DNA of 64,000 nt from Acidimicrobiia bacterium (GCA_965216725.1 CBDCGI010000022.1:147222-211221), one strand, 5' to 3'. Shown: positions 1-10,071, numbered from the stretch's first letter. Numbers and translations are program-made. The notes: a model not told the origin generated them from the sequence alone.

Positions 1-317
1 ACGCCATGGCGGACTCGCTCGCCGACGACGTCGTCTGGCACCAGATCGGCGCGCCAACACTCCACGGGAAAGCTGCTGTTGTCTCGCAATGGGAAGGGAT
101 CACCGAAGGCGTCGAGTTCGACGTGGCTGTTCACGATGTGGTGGCCAACGACGAGCATTTGGTCGGTCTGGTCGAGGCCCATGTCAAGGTCGGTGACGAC
201 GAGTTCAGCTACAAGACCGCTGAAATCGCCCATATGGATAACGGCAAGGTCACCGAGCGCTGGGCCTTCTCGGACGACACGCAGGCGATCGTGGAGTTCT
301 TCTCTCGGTCTGGCTGA
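1..317 (+). CDS. SnoaL-like / NTF2-fold small protein, probably 5'-truncated by the window edge
   Basis: ORF 6..317, and the frame stays open back to the window start. The pattern LADDVVWHQIG...VHDVVANDEHLVGLVE...ERWAFSDD resembles the SnoaL/ester-cyclase-like fold. No catalytic claim is made. Confidence 0.5.
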   Translation, partial: AMADSLADDVVWHQIGAPTLHGKAAVVSQWEGITEGVEFDVAVHDVVANDEHLVGLVEAHVKVGDDEFSYKTAEIAHMDNGKVTERWAFSDDTQAIVEFFSRSG

Positions 318-405
318 CACTCTCGGTCTGATCATGGGGTCGGTGACGGCTCACGTGCCCCTGTACCGCGGGACTCGTCCATCCCAGGACGTAGCATGAG
401 TTCGT

Positions 406-3400
406 GTGGGCGAAATGACCTGTAGCAACTGTGGCACGCCGAATGAAGAGGGGCGCAAGTTCTGCGGTGAATGCGGACAAGCGTTGGTTCAGACATGCCA
501 AATCTGCTCAACCGCCAACCCGCCGACTGTCAAGTTCTGCGGTGAATGCGGGTCGGCATTCGCGCCGGGGGAGCGACCTCCGGTAGCCGAGTCGAGCGCC
601 GTGGCAGAGACCGAGCGGCGCTTGGTTTCGGTGCTGTTTCTCGATCTCGTTGGTTTCACCACACTCGCCGAAGGAAAAGACGCTGAAGATGTCCGAACCT
701 TGCTCAGCGACTATTTCGAGACGGCGAAATCGATCATCGAACGTCATGGAGGGTTGGTCGAGAAGTTCATCGGCGATGCGGTGATGGCGGCATGGGGTAC
801 GCCGACGGCTCACGAAGACGATGCCGAACGCGCAGTGCGCTCCGCGTTGGAGCTGGTCGACGCGGTTGAAGCTCTCGGTGACAAATGGGAGCTTTCCATG
901 AAGGCACGTGCGGGGGTCGTCACCGGTGAGGCTGCGACCCGGCCTTCCGCAGTGTCGGAAGGGATGGTCGCCGGCGACATGGTCAATACCGCTTCCCGGC
1001 TGCAGGGTGCGGCGATGCCGGGAACGGTTCTGGTCGGCGACGCCACCGTACGCTCCACACGCGGAACGATTGCCTTTGAAGAGGTGGGTCCTCTCGATCT
1101 CAAGGGAAAAGAAGAGCCGTTCACTTCCTATCGGGCGCTGCGCGTTGTCGCCGATGTGCTGGGAGACCCGGATCTGATCGAGCCGCCTTTCATAGGTCGG
1201 AATGAGGAACTCCGTCTCCTCAAGGAGCAACTCCACGGAATCACCAGGGACGGCAGGGCCAGGGTGGTCTCCGTCACCGGCATCGGGGGCATTGGCAAGT
1301 CACGGCTTGCCAGGGAGTTTGGAAGGTACATCGACGGGCTAACCGAGACCTTCTTCTGGCACGTCGGACGTTGTCCCGCTTACGGCGACGGGATCACCTT
1401 CTGGGCGCTGGGAGAGATGATCCGGCGACGTGCCGGGATCACCGAAGGCGATTCGACCGAAGAGGCGCTGGCCAAGCTCGAAACCAGCGTGGAGACCTAC
1501 GTGACCGACCCCGAGGAGCGCTCATGGGTCCTGGGTGGGTTGGGCCTGCTACTCGGATATGACGAAACACCACATGGATCAGGCGAGGAGCTGTTTGCCG
1601 CCTGGCGCACCTTCTTCGAGCGGCTCGCCGAGGCCGGCCCGGTGGTAATGGTCTTCGAAGACCTGCAGTGGGCCGACCAGGGATTGCTTGACTTCATAGG
1701 CTCCCTCTTGCGTTGGTCAAGGGACCATTCGATTCTCGTTGTCGGGCTGTCGCGTCCTGAGATCGCCGATCGCCGGCCTGATTGGGGAGCAGGGCAGCGC
1801 TCGTTCACCTCCATGAACCTCGAGCCTCTAGGCGCCGACTCGATGGCCCGGCTGGTGAGAGGCCTCGTCGCCGACGCTCCGGATGACGCAGTGGGGAGAA
1901 TCGTCGAGCGCTCTGAGGGTGTTCCCCTGTACGCGGTGGAAACCATCAGGATGCTGGCTGATAGAGGGGTCCTCGAAGCCAGAACCCACGACTACGAGCT
2001 GGTCGGGTCGTTCGAAGACCTGGAAGTTCCCGAGACACTGCACGCCCTCATCGCTGCCCGTCTCGATGCCCTTCCACCGGCGGATCGCTCACTCGTTCAA
2101 GACGCCGCGGTGCTCGGGAAGAGCTTCACTGCCGAGGCCCTGGCAACAATGGCCGGTGCAGAACACAGTGACATCGAGCCCCGGCTCATCGAACTGGCCA
2201 AGCGAGAGATCCTCACTGTCGACGCCGACCTCCGGTCGCCGGAACGTGGTCAGTTCGTGTTCTCACAGAGCTTGATTCGTGAGGTGGCTTATGGGACTCT
2301 CGCCAAAGCCGACCGGCGCGAACGGCACGTGAGGGCGGCCGAGCTGATGGAGGCCTTGGAAGATGACGAGCTGGCTGCTGCGGTGGCCGCTCATTACGTC
2401 GAGGCCCTGAAGGCGGCCGGGGAAGGGCCGGAGCGGGTGTCGCTGGCGGCCCGAGCTCGAAGCTGGCTGCGGCGGGCTTCGGATCGCGCGATGAACCTGG
2501 GCTCGGCAGACCAGGCGGTGGCGCTGGTGGAACAGGCCCTGCCCCTCACCGACGATGGCCGGGAACGCCGCGAGCTCCTTCTCCTGGCTGCCCGTGCCGC
2601 GGAGGATCTGGTGCTGATGGAGCAGGCAGCCGGTTACCTGTCCGAAGCGGCCCGACTCGCCGCCGCGGATGGGGATGGACCCGATGAGATCCGGATCCTC
2701 GTGGCACTGATCAAGATCCTGCATCTGACCGACCAGGAGCAAAAGGAGCAGGAACTGGCCCGAGACATGGTGGCCCGCTTCGGAGAGTCCACCAACCCCA
2801 ATGTGGCCCCTTATGTCTCTCATGCGCTCAGTTACACGCGCTTTCTCGATGGTGACCACGAGGGCGCACACCACGCCACCGACGCTGCCTTGGGGGGTTA
2901 CGAGCGGCTGGGAGACGTGGAGAACTTCGTTCAGTTGCTCAGCCCGAAGATCTTTCTGCTGCTTCTGGTGGGCCGGGGGCGCGAGGCGACGATGCTCGCC
3001 CGCGGCTATGTGGAGTGGATTCGCCAGCACGGTGACCTCAGGCAGCTCGCCAGCGCCTTGAGCACCGCCGGGACGACATTGACCAATGAGGACCCAAGGG
3101 GCTCCTTTGACCTCGTGATGGAGGGCCTTGAAGTGTCGAGAAGAGGCGGCTTCGGGGCGATGGAGGTGGGTCTTCTCACCAACGGGACCGAGAGTGCGAT
3201 CGAGCTCGGCGAGTTCGAATTGGCGGCTCACATGATCGAGCGCCTCGAGGAGATTCCCAACCTGCCGCTGACTGACATCCTCGCTCACAAGCTCAACGTT
3301 GCGAACCTCGCCGCGTATCGCGGCGACACCGAAACGGCGCAGGCTGCCATCGATTCTCTTCCGTACGAGGACAAGGCTCGATCGCTGGGCTGGGTTCCTC

Positions 3401-3888
3401 GGGTCAAGTCTGTGGTGGCCACCCAATCCGGCGACCCCGAGGCTGGCTATGAGCTGGCTTTGTCGTCGATCAGGATCGAAGGCGGTGGGCCCAATGTCCC
3501 GTTTGCGCTTTGGGCCGCCGCCCGCGCCGCTCTGTGGTCACCGGATCAGATGGTCACCGCAGCCGCGTCGGTCAAGACCCTGCTCGACGAGACCGCGAAC
3601 CTCGGCGGGGCCTGGATGCACAATGCTCGTGCAAGTCTCGAAGCCGCGCTGGCCGGGCTCGACGGCCATAGGGAGCAGGCGGCTGCCGGATTCACCGAGG
3701 TTCTCGGCCTTTGGAGGAAGATGAAGCTGCCTTTTGACCACGCTGCAACGGTGGGGGATGCCATCACGCTTCTGGGAAGCGGAGCACTTCCCGAAGGCGA
3801 GGTCGAGGCCGCAGTGTCCTACCTGTCGGGAATCGGCGCTGCACCCATGCTGGCGCGCATCACCACGACCGACCCTGGCACTGACTGA
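406..3888 (+). CDS. Double zinc ribbon + class III adenylate/guanylate cyclase + AAA_16-type P-loop NTPase + helical/TPR-like repeats (STAND-like signalling protein)
   Basis: 1160-aa ORF. The N-terminus has two ribbons, CSNCG..CGECG and CQICS..CGECG. Cyclase motifs are FLDLVGFT, KFIGDAVMA and GDMVNTASRL. Walker A is GIGGIGKSRL and a Walker-B-like string is VMVFEDLQWAD. The C-terminus is long and Ala/Leu-rich. Confidence 0.9.
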   Translation: MGEMTCSNCGTPNEEGRKFCGECGQALVQTCQICSTANPPTVKFCGECGSAFAPGERPPVAESSAVAETERRLVSVLFLDLVGFTTLAEGKDAEDVRTLLSDYFETAKSIIERHGGLVEKFIGDAVMAAWGTPTAHEDDAERAVRSALELVDAVEALGDKWELSMKARAGVVTGEAATRPSAVSEGMVAGDMVNTASRLQGAAMPGTVLVGDATVRSTRGTIAFEEVGPLDLKGKEEPFTSYRALRVVADVLGDPDLIEPPFIGRNEELRLLKEQLHGITRDGRARVVSVTGIGGIGKSRLAREFGRYIDGLTETFFWHVGRCPAYGDGITFWALGEMIRRRAGITEGDSTEEALAKLETSVETYVTDPEERSWVLGGLGLLLGYDETPHGSGEELFAAWRTFFERLAEAGPVVMVFEDLQWADQGLLDFIGSLLRWSRDHSILVVGLSRPEIADRRPDWGAGQRSFTSMNLEPLGADSMARLVRGLVADAPDDAVGRIVERSEGVPLYAVETIRMLADRGVLEARTHDYELVGSFEDLEVPETLHALIAARLDALPPADRSLVQDAAVLGKSFTAEALATMAGAEHSDIEPRLIELAKREILTVDADLRSPERGQFVFSQSLIREVAYGTLAKADRRERHVRAAELMEALEDDELAAAVAAHYVEALKAAGEGPERVSLAARARSWLRRASDRAMNLGSADQAVALVEQALPLTDDGRERRELLLLAARAAEDLVLMEQAAGYLSEAARLAAADGDGPDEIRILVALIKILHLTDQEQKEQELARDMVARFGESTNPNVAPYVSHALSYTRFLDGDHEGAHHATDAALGGYERLGDVENFVQLLSPKIFLLLLVGRGREATMLARGYVEWIRQHGDLRQLASALSTAGTTLTNEDPRGSFDLVMEGLEVSRRGGFGAMEVGLLTNGTESAIELGEFELAAHMIERLEEIPNLPLTDILAHKLNVANLAAYRGDTETAQAAIDSLPYEDKARSLGWVPRVKSVVATQSGDPEAGYELALSSIRIEGGGPNVPFALWAAARAALWSPDQMVTAAASVKTLLDETANLGGAWMHNARASLEAALAGLDGHREQAAAGFTEVLGLWRKMKLPFDHAATVGDAITLLGSGALPEGEVEAAVSYLSGIGAAPMLARITTTDPGTD

Positions 3889-3930
3889 TCGGCCGAGCCA
3901 AAGAGACGCCGGCCGCTGTAAGTTTCCCTG

Positions 3931-6900
3931 GTGACATCAACCTCTCCGACTCTCACCTGTGGCAACTGCGGAAGCGGGAACCGAACCGACGCAAGATTCT
4001 GCTCCAACTGCGGAAACTCGCTGATCCAGACCTGTCCGGTCTGTTCCACTGAGGCCCCGTCGGACGCAAACTTCTGCAGCAATTGCGGAGCCTCGCTCAA
4101 GGAATCTGTGCCAACAGATCAGCCAGAGAGCGACCTGTCGCGGTACCTGCCACCAGAGCTTCTGGCGAAGCTCCGGTCGGCGCGTGCCGGGCGAGCGATG
4201 CAGGGCGAACGGAGAACGGTGACCATGCTGTTCGCCGACATCAAAGGGTCAACAGCCGCTGCGGAGACTCTCGATCCCGAAGATTGGGCCCAGATCGTCA
4301 ACGGAGCGTTCGAGCGCCTCATCGCCCCGGTCTATCGCTACGAGGGGACGCTCGCCCAGCTACAGGGAGACGCGGTGCTTGCGTTCTTCGGAGCGCCGAT
4401 CGCTCATGAGGACGACCCGGTGCGCGCTTTGCGGGCGGGGCTGGAGATAGTCGAGGAGATGCGCTCCTACAGCGCCGAGGTTGAGGAGGCTTGGGGGTTC
4501 CCCTTGGTGGTGAGGGTGGGCGTCAACACCGGTCTCGTCGTGGTGGGGGAGGTGGGTTCGGACCTTCGCGTCGAATACACCGCCTTGGGCGACGCAATCA
4601 ATGTGGCGGCTCGGATGGAACAGACCGCCGATCCTGGCACTGTCAGGGCGACACAGCACACTCTTGCCCTAACGGGTGAGATGTTCGAGGTCGAGGACCT
4701 GGGCCCGATCGAGGTGAAAGGGAAAGCCGATCCCGTCAATGCCGGCCGGGTCGTCCGATTCGTAGGGGGCTCTGACGATGGCCAAATGCGGGGCATGGTC
4801 GGCCGCGAGGCCGAGCTGAGGCGGCTCGGTGGTCTCGTTGATCAGCTGCTGTCTGGATCGGGCTGGATTGCATCGGTGATTGCCGAGGCCGGTGTCGGTA
4901 AGTCGCGACTGCTGCGACAGCTGCGTTCTGACGTCGAGGCCGAGACGCCCCTGGCCATGAACAGCGGCGAATCAGGCGAGCTGTCTTCCATGTTCTCTGT
5001 GAGCCGTTCCTACGACTCGGAGACGCCTTTGTCCACCATTCGTGACCTCCTCAGACGTTGGTGGAGCGTCGATGGCACTCCCGGAGATTCAGCCATCGTC
5101 CAGAGGGCGGTGAGCGCGGCCGGCCTCGACGACCCGGACGCACCCACACTCCTCGCCTACGTAGCCGGTTTGCCTCTCTCGGATGAGGAATCGGGTTTCA
5201 TCGATGCTCTGATGACACCGACTCTTCACGGGAAGGCCGTGGCCGCGGTGTTCGACTACCTCTCAGCCGAGGCCCGCATTCGACCGTTGCTCTTGGTCTT
5301 TGAGGATCTGCACTGGGCAGATGACCTTTCCTTGGGTCTTGTCGACAATCTCATGCAGCTCACCGAGCAGCTTCCAGTTGGCCTCCTGGTTGCGATGCGC
5401 CCCTATCGAGAGGAGCCGACCTGGCACATCCACGAGGTCGCCGACCGCCGCCATCATCACCGTTATCACAAGATCGAGCTTGCCCCGCTCAGCCCTGAGG
5501 AGACTGCAGAGCTCGTGGGGTCTGTGCTGCCCGGAGTTGAAGTACCCGCTTCCTGGCGCGACGTGATACTGAAAAGGGCCGACGGGAATCCCCTGTTTGT
5601 CGAGGAGATTGCCCGCGCATTGAAGGAAGCAGAAGGTGGTTCCGGTGACGAGGTCGAGATTCCCAAGAGCTTGACAGGCATGCTCACCGCGCGGCTCGAC
5701 CGTCTCTCCGAAGGATCGAAGTACGTGGTGCAGCTCGCGTCGGTCCTGGGATCTGAGTTCGACAAGTCGACCCTCGCTTCTCTGGTCGACGAACCGCCGG
5801 ACTCGACTCTCACCGACCTGGTGAGGGCCGGGATCTTGATTGAGTCGCCGGCGCGACCTGGGCACATCCACTTCCGGCATGCCCTGTTCCAGGAAGCTGC
5901 GTACGAGACAATCCTTCGCAGGACACGGCGGGAACTTCACGATCGTGTCGCCGACCATCTCGTCGCCACGGATCCGGAAGCGGCCCCGGAGATTGCCCGA
6001 CATCTCGTGTCCGCCGACAACCTGAGCAAGGCCTTCCCATACCTCATCGACGCCGGGGTGCTCTCGCTGAGATCGATGGCCCTCGCCGACGCCATCGAGC
6101 GTTTCTCCACTGCGCTGGACAACGTTCCGGAGGGCGCCGATCCCGATCTCGTCGACCAGGCCCACGACGGGCTCGGCGACGCGTATTCCCTGGTCCCCGA
6201 TCTCGACCATGCAGCAGCCGTTTACCAGCGGCTATACGACTATGGAGAAGAGACCGAGCGACCCAGCACGAGGGTTGCCGCCCTCAACCGTTTGGCTGTG
6301 GCGACGGCTTCTTTGTCAGCCGACCTCGAGCAGGCCGGCGAGTACCTGCTCCAGGCTCGCGCCTTGGCTGAGGAATGCGATGACGAAGCCGGTTTGGCGG
6401 AGTATCACATGAACGCGTGCTTCGTTGCCTCGCTTGGCGGGAACCTCGCCCAGGCCGTGGAACATGACGAAGAGACGGTGACATTGGGGGAGAAGACGAG
6501 AGTGGAGTCGGTTCGTCTCAGCGGGTTGGTGCGGCGGGCGACCAACTATGTGGCTCTACTCGATCTGGAGAAGGCACCGCAGGCGGTCGCGGAGGCGAAG
6601 GCTGCGGTGGAGGAGGCCGGCATGGAGGAGGCGGCCGCAGTCGTGGAGTCGTTCGGAGCCGGTCTCCTGATTTTGGGCACATCGGATCTCGAGGGATATC
6701 TCGATCGGGCCATGAGCGCTCAGGAGACGCTCGATCGTTATGGCTCGTTCTATGCCGCGATGAATCGGCTCAATCTGGCCAGTGTCCAGTTCTTGATGGG
6801 CCGGCTCGAAGATGCCCTGTCCAACCTCCTCGAATGCCAGCGCTCAGCGGAGTCCTCTGGGCAGCCGTTTGTGCTCGGAGGTGCCCTCTCCGGGATGGCC

Positions 6901-7533
6901 CTCGTCTACGCGGTGGCTGGGATGCCGGAGCCCATACCCGACCTCATCACCGGGACCCAGGAGCGTCTGGACGGCCCTCTCGGTGATTTTCTGGCTTCGA
7001 GCGGACAGGCAAACCTGGGCTGGGTGCACCTGCTCCAGGGCCAACCCGGTCTCGCCAGAGATCGATTCGAGGCAGGACTCGGTTCGTCTTCGATCACATC
7101 GCACACCGAACGGCCGCGGCTCCTCGGTGGGCTGGCCCTCGCCCTGCTCGAGGAGGGGGATATCGAGGCAGCAAGCGAAGCGGTCGCCGAAGCTCGGGCC
7201 TTCATCGAAGAAAAGTCGTTTGTGCTCTACAACCCGATCGTGAAGCGAGTTCAGGGTCGCCTCTTATCCGAGTCGGGTCGCCTGGACGAGGCCGAATCTG
7301 TGTTGGCCGAGGCGGCGAAGGAGGCCGGCGCGAGCGGCCAGCGTCTCGAGGCAGCCCAGATCAGCTTGGCCCGGAGCCGGGTATCAGCCCTGGCCGGAAA
7401 CGACTCCGGTGCCGGCGAGCATCGTGCTGCCGCCATTGAAGTATTCGAGGCGATCGCTGATGAGATGCTCGATCAAGAGTTGCGTGAGAGCTACAAGGCG
7501 CGGTGGCTGCCAGAGCTCGATCCGGTCAGTTGA
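3931..7533 (+). CDS. Paralog of the upstream gene: double zinc ribbon + class III cyclase + AAA_16 NTPase + TPR-like repeats
   Basis: 1200-aa ORF with a GTG start 42 nt after the previous stop. Ribbons are CGNCG..CSNCG and CPVCS..CSNCG. Cyclase motifs are MLFADIKGST, LQGDAVLAFF and GDAINVAARME. Walker A is EAGVGKSRL, followed by LVFEDLHWAD. Confidence 0.9.
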   Translation: MTSTSPTLTCGNCGSGNRTDARFCSNCGNSLIQTCPVCSTEAPSDANFCSNCGASLKESVPTDQPESDLSRYLPPELLAKLRSARAGRAMQGERRTVTMLFADIKGSTAAAETLDPEDWAQIVNGAFERLIAPVYRYEGTLAQLQGDAVLAFFGAPIAHEDDPVRALRAGLEIVEEMRSYSAEVEEAWGFPLVVRVGVNTGLVVVGEVGSDLRVEYTALGDAINVAARMEQTADPGTVRATQHTLALTGEMFEVEDLGPIEVKGKADPVNAGRVVRFVGGSDDGQMRGMVGREAELRRLGGLVDQLLSGSGWIASVIAEAGVGKSRLLRQLRSDVEAETPLAMNSGESGELSSMFSVSRSYDSETPLSTIRDLLRRWWSVDGTPGDSAIVQRAVSAAGLDDPDAPTLLAYVAGLPLSDEESGFIDALMTPTLHGKAVAAVFDYLSAEARIRPLLLVFEDLHWADDLSLGLVDNLMQLTEQLPVGLLVAMRPYREEPTWHIHEVADRRHHHRYHKIELAPLSPEETAELVGSVLPGVEVPASWRDVILKRADGNPLFVEEIARALKEAEGGSGDEVEIPKSLTGMLTARLDRLSEGSKYVVQLASVLGSEFDKSTLASLVDEPPDSTLTDLVRAGILIESPARPGHIHFRHALFQEAAYETILRRTRRELHDRVADHLVATDPEAAPEIARHLVSADNLSKAFPYLIDAGVLSLRSMALADAIERFSTALDNVPEGADPDLVDQAHDGLGDAYSLVPDLDHAAAVYQRLYDYGEETERPSTRVAALNRLAVATASLSADLEQAGEYLLQARALAEECDDEAGLAEYHMNACFVASLGGNLAQAVEHDEETVTLGEKTRVESVRLSGLVRRATNYVALLDLEKAPQAVAEAKAAVEEAGMEEAAAVVESFGAGLLILGTSDLEGYLDRAMSAQETLDRYGSFYAAMNRLNLASVQFLMGRLEDALSNLLECQRSAESSGQPFVLGGALSGMALVYAVAGMPEPIPDLITGTQERLDGPLGDFLASSGQANLGWVHLLQGQPGLARDRFEAGLGSSSITSHTERPRLLGGLALALLEEGDIEAASEAVAEARAFIEEKSFVLYNPIVKRVQGRLLSESGRLDEAESVLAEAAKEAGASGQRLEAAQISLARSRVSALAGNDSGAGEHRAAAIEVFEAIADEMLDQELRESYKARWLPELDPVS

Positions 7534-7545
7534 TCGTCGGGTAGG

Positions 7546-9042
7546 CTAGAGGAACGTCCTCACGGTTTCGATCGTGTCGGCATCGTCGGGGCTTTTGTCA
7601 TCGCGATATCCCTTGACACGAGCAAAACGCAAAGCGACACCACCTGGGTATCGGGTGCTGCGTTGCACGCCATCGAAGGCGATCTCGTAGACGATCTCTG
7701 GCTTCAGGTAGACGACATGACCCTGTCGACGTTCTTCGATCTCGAGAAAGCGGCTCGTCTGCCAGGCAAGCATCTCGTCGGTGAGGCCTTTGAAGGTCTT
7801 TCCCAGCATGACCAGCGTTCCGTCGGCTGACCGCGCCCCTAGATGCAGGTTGGAAAGCCAACCTTGGCGCCTTCCCGAGCCCCACTCCGCCGCGAGGACT
7901 ACCAGATCCAACGTGTGCGTCGGTTTCACTTTCATCCACCCAGAACCACGTCGCCCGGCTGCATACGGGGATGTGGGGTCTTTCACCACCACGCCCTCGA
8001 ATCCATCTTCGACGCTCTTACTGAAGAAGCGCTCGGCCTCTGCAGGGTCGCCGGTTTCGATCGACTCGACAACATCGCCGGTCGGCACCACCTCTGACAG
8101 CCACCGACGCCGCTCGGTAAGCGGCAGGTCGATGAGGTCCTCGCCCCCAGCGTGGATGATGTCGAAGAAGAAGGCCGTGAACTCCTCGTCGCCGGATCCG
8201 AAACGCCCTCTCATCGAATCCTGAAAGGACATGGGAATCCCCTCCGGCCCTATCAGAAGGCCCTCCCCGTCGAGGATCAACGCCTCTGCTTCAAAATCGC
8301 GCACGGCGGAGACCACGGCACCCATCCCCGATGTCACATCACGCAGGTTGCGGGTGTAGACGGTCACTCGTGAACCTTGTTTGTGGACCTGAAGCCGGAG
8401 CCCGTCGAGTTTCTGCTCGACGATGGCTGAGCCAATTTGGGTGATTGCCTCGGTGACGGTCTCGGCGGTCTTGGCCAACATCGGCTGAACCGGCTGGAAG
8501 AGTCTCAAAGTCGCCGCGTCGAGGGCGGACGGCCCGGTGCTCAACGCCCGCGCCGCAACGGAAACCAGGTCACCCTCCAACATGGCGGCCCGCCTCACCC
8601 GCTGTGGCGGCACGTCGAGCGCCTTGGCGACGGCGTCAGCCATGACCGCCTCTAACGCTCCCTGGCGCAGGTTCCGCAACATGAGCCCGCGCAGGAACTC
8701 CTGCTCGGTCGCAGTGGCTCGCGAGAGAAGTGTGGTTAGCAGGTCATGTTTCTGCCTTTTGGACCCGGGCCCGGATGTCTCCGACACCTCCTGGAGGATG
8801 TCGTCAACTGCGAGAATCTGGAGCGTCGGACCGGGTGCGGGTTCGGGGTCCACGGCAAACACGGCAGCATGGCCTACTCCGAGTGGCGACTGACGGGGAC
8901 GGCCGGCCAGATAGGAGACCGCAACTGGAGCCTCTTGCGGTGTCAGCCGAGTCAGTAGCCTGGCAAGGAGAGAAGTCTTCTCGGTGCGGGCCGCGGTTTG
9001 AGACACCGCGTTAGATGCATCAACCAGCTCTAGGAGAAGCAT
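7546..9042 (-). CDS. ATP-dependent DNA ligase (three-domain LigB/Lig I-like)
   Basis: 498 aa. It has the adenylation motif I KLDGLR (EQKLDGLRLQVHK), then FFFDIIH, EGVVVKDP and WMKVKP, the ordered ligase nucleotidyltransferase motifs. It converges on the upstream cyclase gene with only 12 nt between stops. Confidence 0.92.
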   Translation of the reverse strand: MLLLELVDASNAVSQTAARTEKTSLLARLLTRLTPQEAPVAVSYLAGRPRQSPLGVGHAAVFAVDPEPAPGPTLQILAVDDILQEVSETSGPGSKRQKHDLLTTLLSRATATEQEFLRGLMLRNLRQGALEAVMADAVAKALDVPPQRVRRAAMLEGDLVSVAARALSTGPSALDAATLRLFQPVQPMLAKTAETVTEAITQIGSAIVEQKLDGLRLQVHKQGSRVTVYTRNLRDVTSGMGAVVSAVRDFEAEALILDGEGLLIGPEGIPMSFQDSMRGRFGSGDEEFTAFFFDIIHAGGEDLIDLPLTERRRWLSEVVPTGDVVESIETGDPAEAERFFSKSVEDGFEGVVVKDPTSPYAAGRRGSGWMKVKPTHTLDLVVLAAEWGSGRRQGWLSNLHLGARSADGTLVMLGKTFKGLTDEMLAWQTSRFLEIEERRQGHVVYLKPEIVYEIAFDGVQRSTRYPGGVALRFARVKGYRDDKSPDDADTIETVRTFL

Positions 9043-9120
9043 TCCGAAAGGCTATCCGAGACTGGACTCCTCGCTCCAATAGCAGCTTCGCTGACCGCTG
9101 TTGGCGGCGACGGCGGGGGA

Positions 9121-9534
9121 GTGGCCTATGCGGGCACAGCGAAGGGGTCGCTGGTAGCGGTCACCAGTGAGGGCTCGAAGGTCTTTCTGGATGGTGCCCA
9201 CGACGGTCTCACCGAGGCGGTAGATGTGTGGGGGAGCCGGCTCGCCTCCGATGGGACTGACGGAATGATTGTGGTCGCCGACACCGAAAGCGGTTCGGTT
9301 GTGAGGCATTTCCGGACCGGTATCGCAGGACACGACATTGCCGGGATCGACGAGGACACCCTGGCCTATTCGGCCGGGCGCTAGTTGGCGTTTTTCGAAG
9401 TCGAGCCGATTGCCCTCGCCGACCTCGCCGTGGAGGCCCTGACTAGAGGCCTGTCAGACTTCGAGTGCCGGACCTACCTAGAAATGAGTTGCGAGGACTG
9501 GGAGGACGGGTTGGATCGGCGAGGAATCGAGTAG
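9121..9534 (+). pseudogene. Remnant of the C-terminus of a beta-propeller (WD40-like) protein, interrupted by an in-frame TAG
   Basis: ORF 9121..9384 (GSLVAVTSEGSKVFLDG...SDGTDGMIVVADTESGSVVRHF) stops at TAG 9382..9384. The same frame then continues LAFFEVEPIALADLAVEALTRGLSDFECRTYLEMSCEDW to TAG 9532..9534. That tail resembles the TR-L(T/S)-x-x-EC-x-x-YL C-terminal tail seen on actinobacterial WD40/STAND proteins. There is no room upstream for the rest of the gene, because the ligase start is at 9042. Confidence 0.35.
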
Positions 9535-9555
9535 GCCCCCAATAAGATCGGGGCC

Positions 9556-10071
9556 ATGGAGACATTTGATGCGATCCGGGCCCGCCGGAAAATCTTGGAA
9601 TATGCCGATCGGCCGATAGAAGACGACAAGCTGAACCAGATCCTGGAGGCGGGCCGGCGGTCACCGTCCTCGCGGAATTCGCAACGGTGGGATTTCGTGG
9701 TGGTGCGCGACCGCGATCAACTCCGCCAACTTTCAGGGGTCTGGCGCGGAGCAGCCCACATAGCGGACGCACCAGTGGCCATCGCAGTGGTCGCCCCCTT
9801 CAGTGAAGACCTCCGTGAGAACGGCTCGATCAACTTCGATCTCGGTCAGGCAGTCTCGTCGATGATGATCGCCGCCGCCGATCTCGGAATCGGCTCCAGA
9901 CATGCGTCGGTGGAAGACTATGACCTGGCGGCTTCGATACTCGGTCTGCCATCGGGCATGAGGCTGACCTGGCTGTTCGGCCTCGGCTACCCGGGTGATC
10001 GTCCACTCAAACCGGTGATCAATCCGGCCCGTAAGGCGCTCGAGAAGGTCATTCACTTCGACCGCTGGTAG
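9556..10071 (+). CDS. Nitroreductase family protein
   Basis: 171 aa. The N-terminus is METFDAIRARRKI and the string GRRSPSSRNSQRW matches the FMN-binding R-x-S-x-R-N region. Size is typical of the family. Confidence 0.85.
   Translation: METFDAIRARRKILEYADRPIEDDKLNQILEAGRRSPSSRNSQRWDFVVVRDRDQLRQLSGVWRGAAHIADAPVAIAVVAPFSEDLRENGSINFDLGQAVSSMMIAAADLGIGSRHASVEDYDLAASILGLPSGMRLTWLFGLGYPGDRPLKPVINPARKALEKVIHFDRW

Noticed and set aside
2263-3426. 387-aa ORF antisense to the first cyclase-STAND gene, and similar long antisense or overlapping ORFs at 5263..6210, 10372..11214, 15331..15945, 27754..28551, 35196..35816, 36713..37378, 37218..37976, 42832..43428 and 45831..46625
   Set aside because: These ORFs are Arg/Pro/Gly/His-rich and carry no motifs. 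They lie wholly inside well-supported genes on the other strand or frame, which is the usual artefact in GC-rich DNA.
7546-9042. DNA ligase as part of an NHEJ or defence module
   Set aside because: No Ku, LigD polymerase/phosphoesterase domains or nuclease neighbours are present. It looks like a stand-alone housekeeping-type ATP-dependent ligase.
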